Shown here: piece by piece, positions 1 through 12,417 of the stretch
Layout of the letters: each line of letters begins with the position of its first letter
Numbering within the stretch: position 1 is the first letter of the stretch
From: Eledone cirrhosa
Taxonomy: Eukaryota
Length of the DNA: 64,000 bases
Direction of reading: 5' to 3'
NCBI GenBank assembly: GCA_964016885.1
Contig: OZ024743.1
Location: forward strand, 294,500,001-294,564,000
Position numbers and translations under genes: made by a program
Notes under the pieces: model-generated
The model's database searches: none
Told to the model about the DNA's origin: nothing
Seen by the model: only the letters and a program-made list of their open reading frames with translations

Positions 1-230
1 TCCTGTGATTCCTTTAAGAATTGTATAATAAGAACGGCACGGGTGTTATTACTAGTTATTACCCTAGACTACTCATATCAATAATAAAGCCTCAACATCG
101 GAAGTTAAATAAGTTAAGATCGGTTGCTGCTGCTTCAATCTTAATAGGAATGCTATACAGAATTGTGTTACGCAGAAGGTATGTTAAATTCTAAGGTTAT
201 TTGTGGTCCTATTATTTGATTAATATTTAG

Positions 231-447
231 GACGGTAGATTGGCAGTAACGGTTAAGCAGCAAACGAAATGCTTTGTGGCATAGAGTTATGACTACGTTC
301 TGAATTCAAATCCTCCCGACGTTTGATTTGACTTTCATCCATACTGGCTCAATAAAATAAATTACCAGTAACGTACTGTGGTGGATTTATTCGTCTTTCG
401 CCTCCTCAAAATTTTCAGCATTGTGCCTCAATCAGAATACATTATTT
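231..447 (+). mobile_element. Degenerate tRNA-derived SINE (same family as 22621-22800)
   Basis: TTGGCAGTAACGG A-box-like, GAATTCAAATCC B-box-like, CTTTCATCC...AATAAAATAAATTACCAGT body, ends ATTATT. Confidence 0.65.
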
Positions 448-2445
448 CATTAATATTTAATTTATTGACTCTGAATGAATGGAATGCTAACTCAACTTTG
501 CTGAGGTTTTAATTGAGAAACTATAAGGCCATGCCAGTATATTGCCATTTCACACACAACGCTGCATTTAATGGACTCAGATCCTAACGTGTGTTTGTAT
601 GTGTTCCATCTCACAGCATTCTGAGTTAAATTCCATCTGGATCGTACGGTCGATACCAATCCAAGTTGATAGATTTTCTGAATTGTCATGACACTAAACG
701 AAATGTCTTGTAATATTTGTTCGGGTGTTTTGCTTTGTGAGTGCAAATTTTGCAGGTGGCTACAAGGATTATAGACTTCGGTCGTTCTGTTTAAAAGCCC
801 TATCCGGCCATTTGGGTGATCTTAGCAGAGTCCGCTTTACTGCAAATAATCATAACTGGTTTCGGTTTGATGTTATTTGCGTTTCTCGCTCTCACCAGCC
901 TCACGTACCCTAAAAGTTAAAGGGTCACAGCCAATCACATTCCCTTCCTAACAAAACCGTAAACGATGGGTATCATTGATAATTGTTTTTATAGCTGTTT
1001 CAATCAAGAGACACTTACCACATTCTATTGTTATCATATATATTTATTTGTTGTTAGACCTATCTAATACGTAATTATCTCTTGACGATTCTCAGTTTTA
1101 CGGTCTATAACATCTAGGTGTTTTACATTCCGGACACATTGTACATACCTTATAGCTAATATTTCAGTTCCATAACCCCATGTACAAAATATGATGGATT
1201 GTCTCCCAATAAAATTTGTATCCGACTCCTTTTTGGTTTAGCCCAATGCTTAAAGATTTTGACAGGCAGAAAAAAATAGAGAGGTCGACAATTTGCAATC
1301 AAGCTGTAGCTAATGATGCAAAGTTATAAACTGTGATTCCGACTACTGCAGATATACTTGGATAGTGATAACATGTATTTATCTTTTGCTAGACATGTCT
1401 CTTTAATGGGAGTTTACTGATCTCTTCGACGGGCATTCAGGGTTCTCTAACAAATCTGAAGGGCATTTTACATCTGAATGGCGCGGATGAGCAATGACAT
1501 TCTCTCTGAGCATCCTAAGTAAGGAAAAATGATTGCTTCTTAGAGACTAATACGATTGAAACGCAGAACGTTGAATATAGCATAGGGAGTTACAATCGCA
1601 ACAACGATAGCACATGGCATAAAGTGATACAATAGATTTGCTTTTGCTAGTTTGAGAGAAACACTAGATTGAAGTGATCTATTTCAAAAACAAATTGCAA
1701 AATGATGCATCTCTCCATAACCGATGCATTACTTAAAATAGGACTAGATAATGGATACTAAGAAAAAGGAAACTATATATTTATAATCTATTCAAAGATG
1801 GGTGGAGCTTTCAGCATTCGTCGAAACAATAGATAAATTTAAATGATATATGATGAAAAGCCTATGAGACACATTTAAATCCGGTGAAACAGCTAAAACA
1901 AACACTTACCTATTATTCCAATATTTGGGCCAGCTATTAGATGCAACGTCTATAACTTTGACCACTGGATCGTCGTCTTCTTTGTGGCATATTCTGAAGA
2001 GGTGATCAGTATGGAATACATGACTAATGTTGTGAGCGCCTCCAATAAATTGACTGTGTATCAATTTTTTATCTTCTTTTGTTTCTTCTACCATTTATTT
2101 TTCTATAATCTTTTTTTCAATACAACTTTCCGCATATAAAGAACCACATTTGTTTTTTGCTATCAACCAGAGTTCTATACATTTTTTTTTATTTTCCCAG
2201 TTTTCACAATTCGTCTAACCTTTACCAACTCTGTTTCTGGTTAAATAATATTTATGGCGATCATTGTCATTGTCCTCATGTTTCAGTATCCAGCTTCATC
2301 CTACTAGCTTCTTTACGTCCTATGATAATCCCAGCACATCATCGAACCAACCCACATGATTATTTTCATAATCTTGTTTTTCATCCAATTTACTCTTTAA
2401 AACCAAACTTAACCATCTGAATAAAAATGATAGTATTATTATTAT

Positions 2446-4764
2446 TGTTCTTTGAGTCTCAGTCATTGATGTTAGTTAACTGGAAAGTTTGTTGAAATGA
2501 ATATAAACCCACTACCTGCAGCCTCAGATATTCAGGACGTATCGGAGGGTTCTTGCTGTTCCCAGCAAGCATGCCTTTTGAAGCGTTCCAAAAAGCGTGA
2601 AGGGGCCAATTTTCTTTAACCATCCCTGGAAACTTTTTGAAATAGTACCTAGTGCGCCTATGACAATCGGGATCACTTTGACTTCATGGCAGTTCCAAGT
2701 CCTTTTTACCTCCCATTTTAAGTCCTGGTATCGGTTAATTTTCTCCCTCTCCTTCTCTTGCACTCTCGTGTCGAATGGGCAGGCCACAACCACAATCAGG
2801 CACGATCTTTTTCTTTGACTACAACCACCAGGTCAGGTCTATTGTGTTCCAGTTTCTTGTCCGTCTGTATCCTAAAATCCCACAGCACCTTCACCTGATC
2901 GTTTTCTATCACCGACTCTGGCCTATGCTCATACCACTTCTCAGAATGTGGTAAATTGTTTACTTTGCATAGGTGCCAGTGGATCACCCTGCCCATCACA
3001 TCATGTCTCCAGCCCTTATAGTGAGTCTGGGCTAGGTGTTTACACTCGGATACAATGTGAGCCAGAGTCTCCTCTCTCTCTCCACAGATACTGCACAGTG
3101 GGCTAGCCTCCTCCTTGTAAATATGGTGTTTCAACCACTTCCTTTTGAGGGCCTGCTCTTGCGCAGCCATTAACATTCCTTCTGTAGCCTTTTTAAGGTC
3201 TCCTCTTTTCAACCAGTTCCATGTCTGTGGATCTCTGAATTCAGTTTACTCAAAGAAGGTACTATGAAGGGATTTTTCCTGAAGGCTGCTCTTTCTCCTT
3301 CTTGTTATTTCCTCCTTGGACATCCCATGGTCTATTGTCCTCTCCTTCAGTACAGTTCTGAGCATTGGCTCCTTACTATCTGTCACGTATTTGTGTAGGT
3401 TGTTTTTCTCCATCTGAACACAGTCCTCTATGCTGATAGGACCTCTTCCACCTTCAGATCCCCTTAAGTAGAATCTATCGACATCATCCCCTTGTGGAAC
3501 ATGTTGTAGATAGTCAATAGCTTCCTAGTCTTCCTATCCATTTCTTTTTGTTCAGCAACATTCCATCTCAGAATTCCCGCACTGTACCTAATAATAGACA
3601 CAGCTCGGGAATTTACTGCACTTATGGCATTCCTACTGTTCAGATGTGACTTTAATACGCTCCTTATTCTCCGAATGTATTCAGTTCTTATCAATTCCTT
3701 CATTTTTTTTGTTCTTGATGTCATCAACCTCCAGAACACCCAAATACTTGTATCCTTCTTCACTGTCAATTTCCTTTATCATCTCAACTGTTGGTACCTG
3801 GATTCCGTTACTTCTGCTCAATTTACCCCTCTTCATCTCACGGACTCCACACTTACTAATACCAAATTGCATACATATATCATTGCTGAAAATACGGACA
3901 GTGTCAACAAGCACATCCAACTCCTTCTCACTCTTCCCGAAGAGCTTAAGATCGTCCATGAAGAGGAGGTGATTGATGGTAAGCTCTCCCTTTCCCAACT
4001 TGTATCCTGCTCTCACTTTTCGCAGTACAATGGTCAGGGGCATCAGGGCAAGGACAAACAACAGGGGACAGACTATCTCCCTGGAAGATACCTCTCTTGA
4101 TCTTCACGCCTCCCAAGAATTCTCCAGCTGATGTTAACTCTGTTTCCCAGGACTTCATACTTTTGCCCAACAACTGTCTGATGTTATCTGCCACTTTGAA
4201 GACCTCTATGCCTTTGGTGATCCAAGAATGAGGCACCACGTCAAATGCCTTTTTGTAGTCTATCCATCCCATGGCAAGACCAGTATGTCTCCTCTTGCAA
4301 TTCCTCATTACCATCTTATCAATAAGTAACTGGTCCTTTGTACCACGTGACTTCTTTCGGCATCCTTTCTGTTCGTCCGGTAACAAGTTGTTTGTGTAGA
4401 GGTGATGGTAGGTTTCCACAGACATAATGCTTGTCAACAGTTTCCACATTACGGCAGACATGTGATAGGTCTATAGTTGGTAACATCATTACCCTTGATT
4501 CGGTCTTACATTATCAGAACTGTGGTACCTTTTGTCAACCACTCTGGCACCTCACCTGACATCAAGCAGTCATTGAACATGGTTGTCAGTTTCAGGTGGA
4601 GGGATGTTATATTTTTAATCCAATACCCCTGCACACCATCTGAGCCTGGTGATTTCCAGTTGGTTAGTTTTTTGGCCTGCCCCTTAAGAGTGTCATCTGT
4701 GATACTCAAATCAGTTTGTTGGTGTGCCTGTTCACTAATCTCCTTCTGTACTGTCTCAATCCAC
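2446..4764 (-). mobile_element. R4/Dong-clade non-LTR retrotransposon, 5'-truncated and frameshifted (Dong copy 1)
   Basis: RT motifs [34 protein letters not shown]; CCHC CSICGEREETLAHIVSEC; RLE RHD..RPD..EK; 3' UTR followed by (AAT)n tail at 2434-2445. Confidence 0.9.
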
Positions 4765-4787
4765 ATTATTATTATTGTTATTGTTAT

Positions 4788-6497
4788 TCCTTGAATCTCA
4801 GTCATTGATGTTGGTTAACTGGAAAGTCCGTTGGATTGAATATCAAGCCACTACCTGCAGCCTCAGATATTCAGGACGTATCGGAGGGTTCTTGCTGTTC
4901 CAAGCAAACATGCCTTTTGAAGCGTTCCAAAAAGCGTGAAGGGGCCGATTTTCTTTAACCATCCCTGGAAACTTTTTGAGATAGTCCCCAGTGCGCCTAT
5001 GACAATCGGGATCACTTTGACTTCATGGCAGTTCCAAATCCTTTTCACCTCCCACTTTAGGTCCTGGTATCGGTTAATTTTCTCCCTCTCCTTCTCTTGC
5101 ACTCTCGTGTCGAACGGGCAGGCCACATCCACAATCAGGCACGATCTTTTTTCTTTGTCCACAACCACCAGGTCAGGTCTATTGTGTTCCAGTTTTTTGT
5201 CCGTCTGTATCCTAAAATCCCACAGCACCTTCACCTCATTGTTCTCCATCACCGCCTCTGGCCTATGCTCATACCATTTCTCAGAATGTGGTAGATTGTT
5301 TACTTTGCACAGGTGCCAGTGGATCACCCTGCCCATCACATCGTGTCTCCAGCCCTTATAGTGAGTCTGGGCTAGGTGTTTACACTCGGACACAATGTGA
5401 GCCACAGTCTCCTCTCTCTCTCCACAGATCCTGCACAGTGGGCTAGCCTCCTCCTTGTAGATATGGTGCTTCAACCACTTCGTTTTGAGGGCCTGCTCCT
5501 GCGCAGCCATTAGCATTCCTTCTGTAGCCTTTTTGAGGTCTCCTCTTCTCAACCAGTTCCATGTCTGTGGATCTCTAAATTCAGTTTTCTCAAAGAAGGT
5601 ACTATGAAGGGGTTTTCCGTTAAGGCTGCTCTTCCTCCTTGATGTTATTTCCTCCCTGGACATCCCCTGGCCTACTGTCCCCTCCTTCAGTACAGTTCTG
5701 AGCATTGGCTCCTTACTATAGGTCACGTATTTGTATAGGTTGTTTTTCTCCATCTGAACACAGTCCTCTATGCTGATAAGACCTCTTCCACCCTCAGATC
5801 TCCTTAGGTAGAGTCTATCGACATCACTCCTCTTGTGGAACATGTTGTAGATAGTCAATAGCTTCCTAGTCTTCCTATCCATTTCTTTCTGTTCAGCAAC
5901 ATTCCATCTCAGAATTCCCGCACTGTACCTAATAATAGACACAGCTCGGGAATTTACTGCGCTTATGGCATTTCTGCTGTTCAGATGTGACTTCAATACG
6001 CTCCTTACTCTCCGAATGTATTCAGTTCTTAACAATTCCTTCATTTTTTTGTTCTTTATGCCATCAGCCTCCAGAACGCCCAAATACTTGTATCCTTCCT
6101 CAGAGTCAATTTCCTTTATCATCTCACCTGTTGGTATCTGGATCACGTTACTTCTGCTCAACCTACCCCTCCTCATCACAATGACTCCACATTTACCAAT
6201 ACCAAACTGCATACATATATCACTGCTGAAAATACGGACAGTGTCAACAAGCACATCCAACTCCTTCTCACTTTTCCCGAAGAGCTTAAGATCGTCCATG
6301 AAGAGGAGGTGATTGATGGTAAGCTCTCCCCTTCCCAACTTGTATCCTGCTCTCACTTTTCGCAGCATAATGGTCAAGGGCATCAGGGCAAGGACAAACA
6401 ACAGAGGGGACAGGCTATCTCCCTGGAAGATACCTCTCTTGATCTTCACGCTTCCCAAGGATACTCCAGTTGATGTCAACTCTGTCTCCCAGGACCC

Positions 6498-6498
<1 letters not shown>
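4788..6498 (-). mobile_element. R4/Dong-clade non-LTR retrotransposon, 5'-truncated (Dong copy 2)
   Basis: Near-identical to copy 1 by eye; same 3' UTR; (AAT)n-like tail 4765-4787; 5' end abuts (ATT)12 at 6499. Confidence 0.92.

Positions 6499-6500
<2 letters not shown>
4863..6500 (-). CDS. Uninterrupted 545-aa C-terminal part of the Dong ORF (RT motifs 4-7, CCHC finger, restriction-like endonuclease); the ATG is created by the junction with the ATT tract
   Basis: [66 protein letters not shown]. Confidence 0.85.

Positions 6501-6534
<34 letters not shown>
6499..6534 (+). repeat. (ATT)12 junction microsatellite
   Basis: Perfect ATT tract between Dong 2 and Tx1-A. Confidence 0.98.
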
Positions 6535-6744
6535 GGCGACCTACGTAGTAAATCGTGTCATCGTGAGCTCCGCAAATGTTTGTTATTTCCGTTTGTGAAA
6601 AATTGCCATTTATGGAAAATTTTTATTGTTAACTATATATAAGCGCACATACATTGTTTTCCGAGAAGGACACCCAAAAAGATCGGGGCCTTGTGCCCAA
6701 AACTTAAACTTTTATGATCATCAAAACATTTCTTTGAAAAAAAA

Positions 6745-8680
6745 ATGGCTAACTCACCACTGCACCAAGCAGCTGAGAGCCTTCACAAATTAACACCTCA
6801 CACCGACATCACCATTGTAAATGTTACTACGTTTGCCAACACTAAAAAAAATATAAGCAGTAGCAATATTTTAAATTTGTCTCAGGCAGACATTCATTTC
6901 CCGCCATTACCAATGACTGCAGGCATTAAAGCCGCCACCACCACCACCGCGACAACAGAAACAAAAGGAAAAAATAAATCAACTCGTGATATTGTAATGC
7001 TTCCAACCAAAATGGACTCATCCACACCGAACACCACTGACGTCACCACCACCACAACTGAAACTAAAATTAATAACAAAAATAACGATAACAACAACAG
7101 CAACAATGACATTAAAAAAACCACCCTGAGTTTTGCCAGAGTAGCAAAACAGTGCGAAGCATTTACGGTAACTCAGGAGGAATTAGAAAATGCCAAAAAA
7201 ATGGTAAAGAAAGGTGGGTACAGGGTCAGCCTCACCCCCCACCCCCCCACCTAATAAAATGGAGCATCGGCGCCTATGCACCGTGTCGTATCGAACAATT
7301 AATGTAAAATCGCGCCGAGTGGAACGGGCATCCGAGTCCCAAATCCAAAAAGCTTTGGGACATGTGTGGGCAAGAAAAACCCACATCAGACGTGGACAAA
7401 AGTATGGAACCGTGGACGTGTTCTTTGAAACACTAGAGGAGGCTAGAGAACACTCCATGGCCCCATTAAGAAGTGACGACTTCACACTCGTCCCAAGCTA
7501 TTGTGGCCAGTAAAGATCAGGGTGACCCACGTTCCACCGGCCATCGAAATTCCCTGGCTAATAGTGGCCGTCCTCGCCGGCATCGAAGCCAACACAAAGA
7601 TAATAGCAATAGCAAAAGAAAAGCAGGAGAACTAGTCTGGATCTGGGATGGAGCTCCTGATCCAAGCGGACCAAAAAAGCATTGAAGAGATCCCAGAGGT
7701 AATAGACCTCACTGACGGCAGCCACCTCACCGTAATTGTCGAGGGCAGAAGGCCTAGGTGTGTCGTTTGTGGTGAAGGAACCCACCTAAGGGCTAAAAGG
7801 TTGAGGCCACCTCTCCTACCCACCCCAGTGACTCAACCATCAACACCACCAGTAGCAGAGATGGCAGCAACAACTGTAGCAGCAACAACAGAAGTAACTA
7901 TAACAGCAACAACCCCAGCAACAGTAGCAAAACCAACACCACCACCACCAGCAAAACCAACACCACCACCATCCGCGCTTCAGAACTAGCACCAGCGCCT
8001 ACACCATCAACCACTCCACAACCAAAACTAACGCCTGTGGAGGATTTTCCACTACCCGGCCTATCACAACTGGAGACAGATTGTGACGACGAGGAGTGGG
8101 AAACGGTATCAGGAAAAAAAAAAGAAACCAAAAAAGAAAAAATTCTCTTCCTTCCCCCTCCAAAAACAAAATACAGATGGAAACAAATAAATTAACAAAG
8201 AAAAAAGTTAGGACAGATATGCCACCATCCACACCAGCATCACCAACCCCATCACCCCATACACCAACACCATCACCATTATTAACCCCAACACCATCAT
8301 CACCTACACCACAAAAGTCACCAAAATGCGAAACAGAAAGAAACCCACAACAAACGTAAACAATACAAAACAACCAAAACGATACACACTACACAGCATT
8401 AAATTTGAACAACAACCAATTATTACAATACATACAACACAACACCAGCATCACAGAAAAAGACTACACAACAACCCCAAAATTCACACCACCTCCACAC
8501 ATACAAATCACTCGCATCAAACAGAAAACGTACATGACACTAAAGCAAAAATTCCCCAAAGACATCGGAGACTTCCGACAAGCACTCTCCAGGAGGATTT
8601 ATAAGGAAATCCTTCCTGAGGAGGCCACAAGCAGGGAAAAGGAAGGAAAAACCGTGCTTCCTCTACGAGAAGTAAGGTAA
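6745..8680 (+). pseudogene. Tx1-A ORF1 (gag-like: N/T-rich, RRM-like core, zinc knuckle, P/T-rich, conserved C-terminal block), frameshifted
   Basis: SFARVA, RRGQKYGTVDVFF, CVVCGEGTHLRA, KFPKDIGDFR spread across several frames. Confidence 0.8.
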
Positions 8681-8714
8681 GTGGTCTTTCCCATCTCATC
8701 AACTCCTTTTCAAC

Positions 8715-11700
8715 ATTACCTCACTCAGAATGGGCAGCATAAATGAGCGTGGCTTGGGGTCGTCTTGGAAGCAGGGCCATCTGCTCAACGACCTCATGTC
8801 ACTAAAAATAGATGTAGTAGTCATCAGCGAGACCAGAATCTCCGAAGCACGGGCCTTCGCACCGATCTTCGGCGGCTACGATGTGTACGCATCACTCAGC
8901 CGTCCCGGATCGGGGTGGAGTTGCTGTGCTTTTTCGGAGAGGTTTGGATCTTGCCATACGGGCCATCTTCCTGGACCCAGAAGGTAAGATGGTGGTGCTG
9001 GACGTGACCAGCGGAGACGGGCAAGCTTTCAGGTTAGTGGCCGTCTATGCCCCGACAGGAGCAGGGCGGCCCGATTTCTTCCGGCGTCTGGAGACCTTTC
9101 TTGGAACGTCCCGCTCTTTAGTGTTAGTGGGCGACTAGAACGGGATCTCAGATGCACGCTGGGACTGTGTGGGATTAGTGGATAGGGGAGGAGGGTGCAA
9201 GTGTCTCACCAACCTTCTCAGGCGTTTTGTACTGTCTGACAGGTACCGATTGGTTTTCCCGAATGTACCAATGTGGACTTGGACAAATCGCATAGGGTCA
9301 TCCAGATCATATCTAGATAGAGTATTTTGTAGGGAAATAGATAGGTCTAGCATAGGCTGTCCACAATTCAAGATAGTCAGCTACACGGACCACAAATTCT
9401 TGATCTGTGTGCTTGACTTAGATAGGCTTCATAGACGAGGACCCGGCTACTGGAAGCTAAACGCGTCCTTACCAGCGCGCAAGGCCTACAGAGATCGGAT
9501 TAGCGAACTAGTTAAGCGGGCGTTGACGGGTGCCATCGTCAACAACATGTGGTGGTTTGCTCTGAAAAGAGCAATTAGAATAGAGTCCATTAGGTTTAGT
9601 AAGGCTTTAGCAATAGAGAAAAATAGAGCAGAGGGAGAATTAGTTAGAAAATTAGACGAGGCGCTTTGCAAAGGCTTCGCGACCAACGTACTTGCGGCGA
9701 AATTGGCCCTTGACCAATTCTTCAATGCAAAGCACGAAGCCTGCGTTGTCAGAGCTAGGGTGCGTGCTCTCAGACACGAGGGGACGAAAGCCGTTCAATA
9801 GGCCCGAGTGGCGGAGGCGCGTCGTGGCAACAAAGACACGATCCGGTATTTGGTGGACCACGATGGGCGCATGCTACTCGATCCCGGGCAAATGTTTGAA
9901 GCTTTTCAGCGACACTTCGCTCAACTGTTCGGGGGCAGCGGCGGGCCGGATCGAGGGATGGACTTTAGTGTCTACCTCGATGGACTGCCGCGGCTCTCGG
10001 CCACTGAGGCGGAGTGTTGCGAAAAGCCGATAACAGCCGCTGAAGTACGGAAGGCAATGCCTGGCTGCACAAGGAGTAAATCACTTGGTTTGGATGGTCT
10101 GCCCTATGAACTTTACGTACAAATGCCAGACTTGTTCGGAAGCCTCTTGGCGGATGTCTACTGCAAGTTGCAACAGAACGAGAGAATTCCCAGCTCTGTG
10201 AGCCGAGGAGCGGAGGCGCTGCTGAGAAAGGATCCGAACAAGGGGAAAACATAGATAATTTGAGGCCCATAACTCTGCTAAACACAGAGTTCAAGATTTT
10301 GGCCAAGGTGCTAGCAAAGAGGTTGGCGCTTGTCGTTGGTGGTCTGGTGGGAGAAGCGCAGACGTGCGCCATTCCCGACAGATCCATCCACGACAACCTC
10401 CACCTCATGCGATACATCGTAGAGAGGGTAGCTAGGGAACCTGGCACGGGTGGGTCCTTGATCAATTTAGATCAGTTGAGAGCTTTTGATAGGGTCAACC
10501 ATCGTTACCTACGGCAGTCCTGAGGGCGGCTGGCTTTGGGCCCATCTACAGAGGCTGGATCGCTGCCATGCACAGCGACATCTGCTCTATGGTGAGAGTG
10601 AACGGTCACCTTTCGGAACCGTTCAACATCATGCGCTCGGGCCGCCAAGGATGTCCCCTCTCGTCCCTCATGTACGTATTGACTCTCGAGCCATTACTGC
10701 GCACACTGGAGACATTGAGGGTGTCGCGCGCGAAATAGGATGCGGAGGATCCGTATTAGCATATGCACACGATGTCACCGTAGTGGTGTCGAACGCCAAA
10801 CACGTCGAGGCGATCGGCACTACACTAAGAGAATACGAGCGGTGACAGGAGCAATGATCAACCAGAAAAACTCAGTGGGCCTGCAGCTCGGCACCTGGAG
10901 AGGCAGGTTCATGCCGTCCAACAGCGTCGTCGGGCGCTGGACGGACGGACCAGTTAAATTGCTAGGGGTCTGGTTCGGTCCGGACCTCCAGACGGACAAA
11001 AACTGGGACGAGGTGACGAGCAGGGTGGCTTCTCTCACCCAGAAATGGGCGGAGAGGAAGCTATCCCTGAAAGGTCGAGTGGAGGTGGCTAACGCGTACA
11101 TCGCGTCCGTCATCTACTACCGCCTGACCGTCGTACCATGTTCTAAGCCCCGCCTGACTGCGCTGGAGCGTTTGCTATTTCGCTTTTTGTGGAAGGGACT
11201 CGCTCCGATGGTCAGGCGGTCATCTACTGTCAACACCCGCTACGTGGAGGGCTGGGCATGCTCCGGCTGATGTTGCGCAGACACGCGCTCAGGCTACGAC
11301 ATCTCCACCTCTTCCTCCACGGTGATCAGGTGTGGTCGCCGTTTGCTAGACACATCTTTCCCCAGCTCGTCTCCTTGACGGAGCTGCAGTCCTAGCTCAA
11401 GCGAAGACCGAGAGTGAGCGCTTGGAGATTGGAATGTCTTCAGGCGCCCACAGCCCTCGACGAATCGGGCAATGTGATCGGTGGAAACTCCACCTTGGCG
11501 TTCTATAGAGGATTAGTGGAGGGGAAGAGCGACGACGTACTTGGAGAAACACTAGGCGTCGACGAAAATCAACTAGCCAATCTCTTCGGAAGGACTTTCA
11601 GGCCGGGGCCTATGGACAACTTCCAGAAATCTCTGGACTGGCAATGCTACCGAGGAGCTTTGCCTGTTCGGGATAAACTCTACAGCATGGAGGTGCCGTT

Positions 11701-12126
11701 AGCCGGGCATGTCCGAGAGGCACGCAGGGCGACGAAACCGTCCTGCACGCACTCGTCCAGCGTCCGAGCGTTGCTGACTTGTGGGTTTATGTCGAACACC
11801 TGCTGTCACATGTAGGACGGATCCATCTATCAGCTGAGTCCATCGTGACGATTGCTCCGCTCTCTTCCTTTAGCCGGGAAGGGCAGGCAGTTTTTAGCTG
11901 TCTGGTGGCCATGGCGTAAGAGATAGTATGGTGGACACGTTTGAAAGGGCTGAAGACGAGCACTTACCTCTTCGGTGATGCCCTGATTAACTTTTTCAAA
12001 TTTCATTTGAAAAGGAAAATCAGGGTAGAGAGGGAAATGCTCTATTCCCAGCATTTTGTTGACAGATGGGTGAAAGAAGCAAGTATGGCCCGTGTGAATG
12101 GGCTTACTCTGAGTATCTGTCTGTAA
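8715..12126 (+). pseudogene. Tx1-A ORF2 (APE endonuclease, RT, C-terminal zinc finger); start codon mutated to ATT
   Basis: GSINERGL, ISET, VYAP, SYLDR, YTDH, RPITLLN, AFDRV, ALPVRDKL; multiple stops and frameshifts. Confidence 0.9.
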
Positions 12127-12371
12127 ATTAAAGGTGGAAAACTGGGAGAGGACACTTGCCCTGGTGGTCAGGGTCACTGTGTCCTTTTAATGGACTTTCT
12201 CCACAAATGTCCCTCGGAAGTCTTCCTCCTATTGGGGAATTTTTCATTGTTATTTTTTATTACATCCTCTGTTTTTTTTACACGCAGAAATGCCCATTTG
12301 TACCGTCCTGTATTGTCCTGTACTGTCCTTAATGTCTACTTTATGTAAACCCTTGTGGTTAATAAAGAAAA

Positions 12372-12372
<1 letters not shown>

Positions 12373-12417
<45 letters not shown>
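12373..12417 (+). repeat. (ATT)15 junction microsatellite
   Basis: Perfect tract between Tx1-A and Tx1-B. Confidence 0.98.

Larger units (their letters stand above)
6535..12372 (+). mobile_element. L1/Tx1-clade LINE copy A, apparently full length, decayed
   Basis: 210-nt 5' UTR, ORF1, APE-RT ORF2, 3' UTR ending CCCTTGTGGTTAATAAAGAAAAC, flanked by (ATT)n on both sides. Confidence 0.92.

Noticed and set aside
756-865. Possible exon GGYKDYRLRSFCLKAL after TTTTGCAG
   Set aside because: Weak donor and no recognisable protein similarity
2100-2420. Very old Dong-like remnant on the minus strand (AGII..KLDTET..TMTM)
   Set aside because: Similarity too degraded to support by eye
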